Assembly: GCA_040954595.2 (NCBI GenBank)
Contig: CM082588.2
Span: forward strand, 12,590,257-12,600,297
DNA length: 10,041 bases
Direction of reading: 5' to 3'
Origin: Balanoglossus misakiensis
Lineage: Eukaryota; Animalia; Hemichordata
Every line of letters begins with the position of its first letter. Position 1 is the first letter of the stretch. Position numbers and translations under genes: made by a program. A model generated the notes under the pieces. It did no database searches and was not told the origin of the DNA. It saw nothing but the letters and a program-made list of their open reading frames with translations. Below, piece after piece: positions 7,440 through 10,041 of the stretch.

Positions 7440-10041
7440 GTCGAAAATTTTGTCATTTTTTGATGATTTTCAACCATGATTTTTTTTCAAAAATCGACGA
7501 AAATTTGAGATTTTGCAAAGATGAAAATTTGTCATTTTTGATGATTTTTACCCATAATTTTTTTTCAGAAATGGACGAAATTTTGAGATTTTGCAAAGAC
7601 GAAAATTTGTCATTTTTTGATGATTTTCACCCATGATTTTTTTCAAAATCGACGAAATTTTGAGATTTTGCAAAGTCGAAAAATGTGTCATTTTTTGATG
7701 ATTTTCACCCGTTTTTTTTCAAAATTTGTCATTTTTTGATGATTTTTACCCATGATTTTTTTCAAAAATGGACGAAATTTTGAGATTTTGCAAAGTCGAA
7801 AATTTGTTATTTTTTGATGATTTTCACCCATGTCTTTTTTTAAAAATCGACGAAATTTTGAGATTTTGCAAAGAGGAAAATTTGTCATTTTTTTCATGAT
7901 TTTCCCCCATGATTTTTTTCAAAAATCGACGAAATTTGAGATTTTGCAAAGTCGACGAAAATGTGTCATTTTTTGATGATTTTCACCCGTTTTTTTTCAA
8001 AAAATCGACGAAATTTTGAGATTTTGCAAAATCGAAAATTTGTCATTTTTTGATGATTTTCACCCATGATTTTTTTTCAAAAATCGACGAAATTTTGAGA
8101 TTTTGCAAAGTCGTAAATGTGTCATTTTTGATGATTTTCACCCGGTTTTTTTTCAAAAATCGACGAAATTTTGAGATTTTGCAAAGTCGTAAATGTGTCA
8201 TTTTTTGATGATTTTCACCCGTTTTTTTTCAAATTTGTCATTTTTTGATGATTTTCACCCATGATTTTCTTCAAAAATCCGACGAAATTTTGAGATTTTG
8301 CAAAGTCGAAAATTTGTCATTTTTGATGATTTTTACCCATGATTTTTTTCCAAAAATGGACGAATTTTGAGATTTTGCAAAGACGAAAATTTGTCATTTT
8401 TTGATGATTTTCACCCATGATTTTTTTTCAAAAATCGACGAAATTTTGAGATTTTGCAGAGAGGAAAATTTGTCATTTTTTTCATGATTTTCCCCCATGA
8501 TTTTTTTCAAAAATCGACGAAATTTTGAGATTTTGCAAAGTCGAAAATTTGTCATTTTTTGATGATTTTCACCCATGATTTTTTCAAAAATTGACGAAAT
8601 GTTGAGATTCTGCAAAGTCGAAAATTTGTCATTTTTGATGATTTTCACCCATGATTTTTTTCAAAAATGGACGAAATTTTGAGATTTTGCAAAGACGAAA
8701 ATTTGTCATTTTTTGATGATTTTTACCCATGATTTTTTTTCAAAAATCGACGAAATTTTGAGATTTTGCAAAGAGGAAAATTTGTCATTTTTTCATGATT
8801 TTCTCCCATGATTTTTTTCAAAACTCGACGAAAATTTGAGATTTTGCAAAGATGAAAATTTGTCATTTTTGATGATTTTTACCCATAATTTTGTTTCAGA
8901 AATGGACGAAATTTTGAGATTTTGCAAAGACGAATATTTGTCATTTTTTGATGATTTTTACCCATAATTTTTTTTTCAGAAATGGACGAAATTTTGAGAT
9001 TTTGCAAAGACGAAAATTTGTCATTTTTTGATGATTTTCCCCATGATTTTTTTCAAAATCGACGAAATTTTGAGATTTTGCAAAGTCGAAAATTTTGTCA
9101 TTTTTTGATGATTTCAACCTTGATTTTTTTCAAAAATCGACGAAAATTTGAGATTTTGCAAAGATGAAAATTTGTCATTTTTGATGATTTTTACCCATAA
9201 TTTTTTTTCAGAAATGGACGAAATTTTGAGATTTGCAAAGACGAAAATTTGTCATTTTTTGATGATTTTCACCCATGATTTTTTTTCAAAAATCGACGAA
9301 ATTTTGAGATTTTGCAAAGTCGAAAATGTGTCATTTTTTGATGATTTTCACCCGTTTTTTTTCAAAATTTGTCATTTTTTGATGATTTTTACCCATGATT
9401 TTTTTTTCAAAAATGGACGAAATTTTGAGATTTTGCAAAGTCGAAAATTTGTTATTTTTGATGATTTTCACCCATGTCTTTTTTAAAAATCGACGAAATT
9501 TTGAGATTTTGCAAAGAGGAAAATTTGTCATTTTTTCATGATTTTCCCCCATGATTTTTTTCAAAAAATCGACGAAATTTGAGATTTTGCAAAGTCGACG
9601 AAAATGTGTCATTTTTTGATGATTTTCACCCGTTTTTTTTCAAAAATCGACGAAATTTTGAGATTTTGCAAAATCGAAAATTTGTCATTTTTTGATGATT
9701 TTCACCCATGATTTTTTTTTCAAAAATCGACGAAATTTTGAGATTTTGCAAAGTCGTAAATGTGTCATTTTTGATGATTTTCACCCGGTTTTTTTCAAAA
9801 ATCGACGAAATTTTGAGATTTTGCAAAGTCGTAAATGTGTCATTTTTTGATGATTTTCACCCGTTTTTTTTCAAAATTTGTCATTTTTTGATGATTTTCA
9901 CCCATGATTTTCTTCAAAAATCGACGAAATTTTGAGATTTTGCAAAGTCGAAAATTTGTCATTTTTTGATGATTTTCACCCATGATTTTTTTCAAAAATC
10001 GACGAAATTTTGAGATTTTGCAAAGTCGAAAATTTGTCATT
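7440..10041. repeat. HOR domain 3: ~1643-bp unit, about 1.6 copies visible, truncated by the window end
   Basis: Domain-specific variants: GTCGACGAAAATG at 7951/9594; GTCGTAAATG at 8110/9753 and 8186/9828; CCCGG at 8141/9784; TGTTATTT at ~7805/9450; CATGTCTTT at ~7829/9473. All spacings are 1642-1645 bp. Confidence 0.88.

Larger units (their letters stand above)
479..10041. repeat. Tandem satellite array with a ~78-bp monomer, interspersed with recurrent ~41-bp, ~45-bp and +27-bp structural variants; runs off the right edge of the window
   Basis: The core TCGACGAAATTTTGAGATTTTGCAAAGTCGAAAA recurs every ~76-80 bp (e.g. 1699, 1776, 1856, 1934, 2011). All units are in the same orientation with no unique spacers. 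Hand-counted consensus composition is A24 T33 C10 G11. Confidence 0.98.

Noticed and set aside
653-10040. All 60-123 aa ORFs in the six-frame track as protein-coding genes
   Set aside because: They are overlapping translations of the same monomer on both strands and in all frames. They stay open because TAA/TAG are nearly absent, they switch frame at homopolymer indels, and they show no recognisable domain.
479-10041. CRISPR array (conserved ~35-bp core recurring every ~78 bp after an AT-rich leader-like flank)
   Set aside because: The sequence between cores is also repeated and near-identical, so there are no unique spacers. No cas genes are present.
479-10041. Telomeric repeat or a named centromeric satellite family
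   Set aside because: There is no short G-rich telomere unit, and I do not recognise the monomer. Centromeric function cannot be inferred from sequence alone.

Overview
The window is the edge of an AT-rich tandem-repeat (satellite/minisatellite) array, most likely eukaryotic. Bases 1-478 are unique, non-coding-looking sequence. From ~479 to the window end is a head-to-tail array of roughly 130-140 units (estimate) of a ~78-bp monomer, with consensus CACCCATGATTTTTTTCAAAAATCGACGAAATTTTGAGATTTTGCAAAGTCGAAAATTTGTCATTTTTTGATGATTTT (73% AT, no TpA step, 3 CpG). Diagnostic monomer variants show that the array is layered into three successive higher-order repeat (HOR) domains, with periods of ~1865/1740 bp, ~737 bp and ~1643 bp. 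The listed ORFs are all translations of the satellite and are not supported as genes. I see no CRISPR array, RNA gene or mobile-element gene. The interest lies in array architecture and DNA structure; I found no new gene system.
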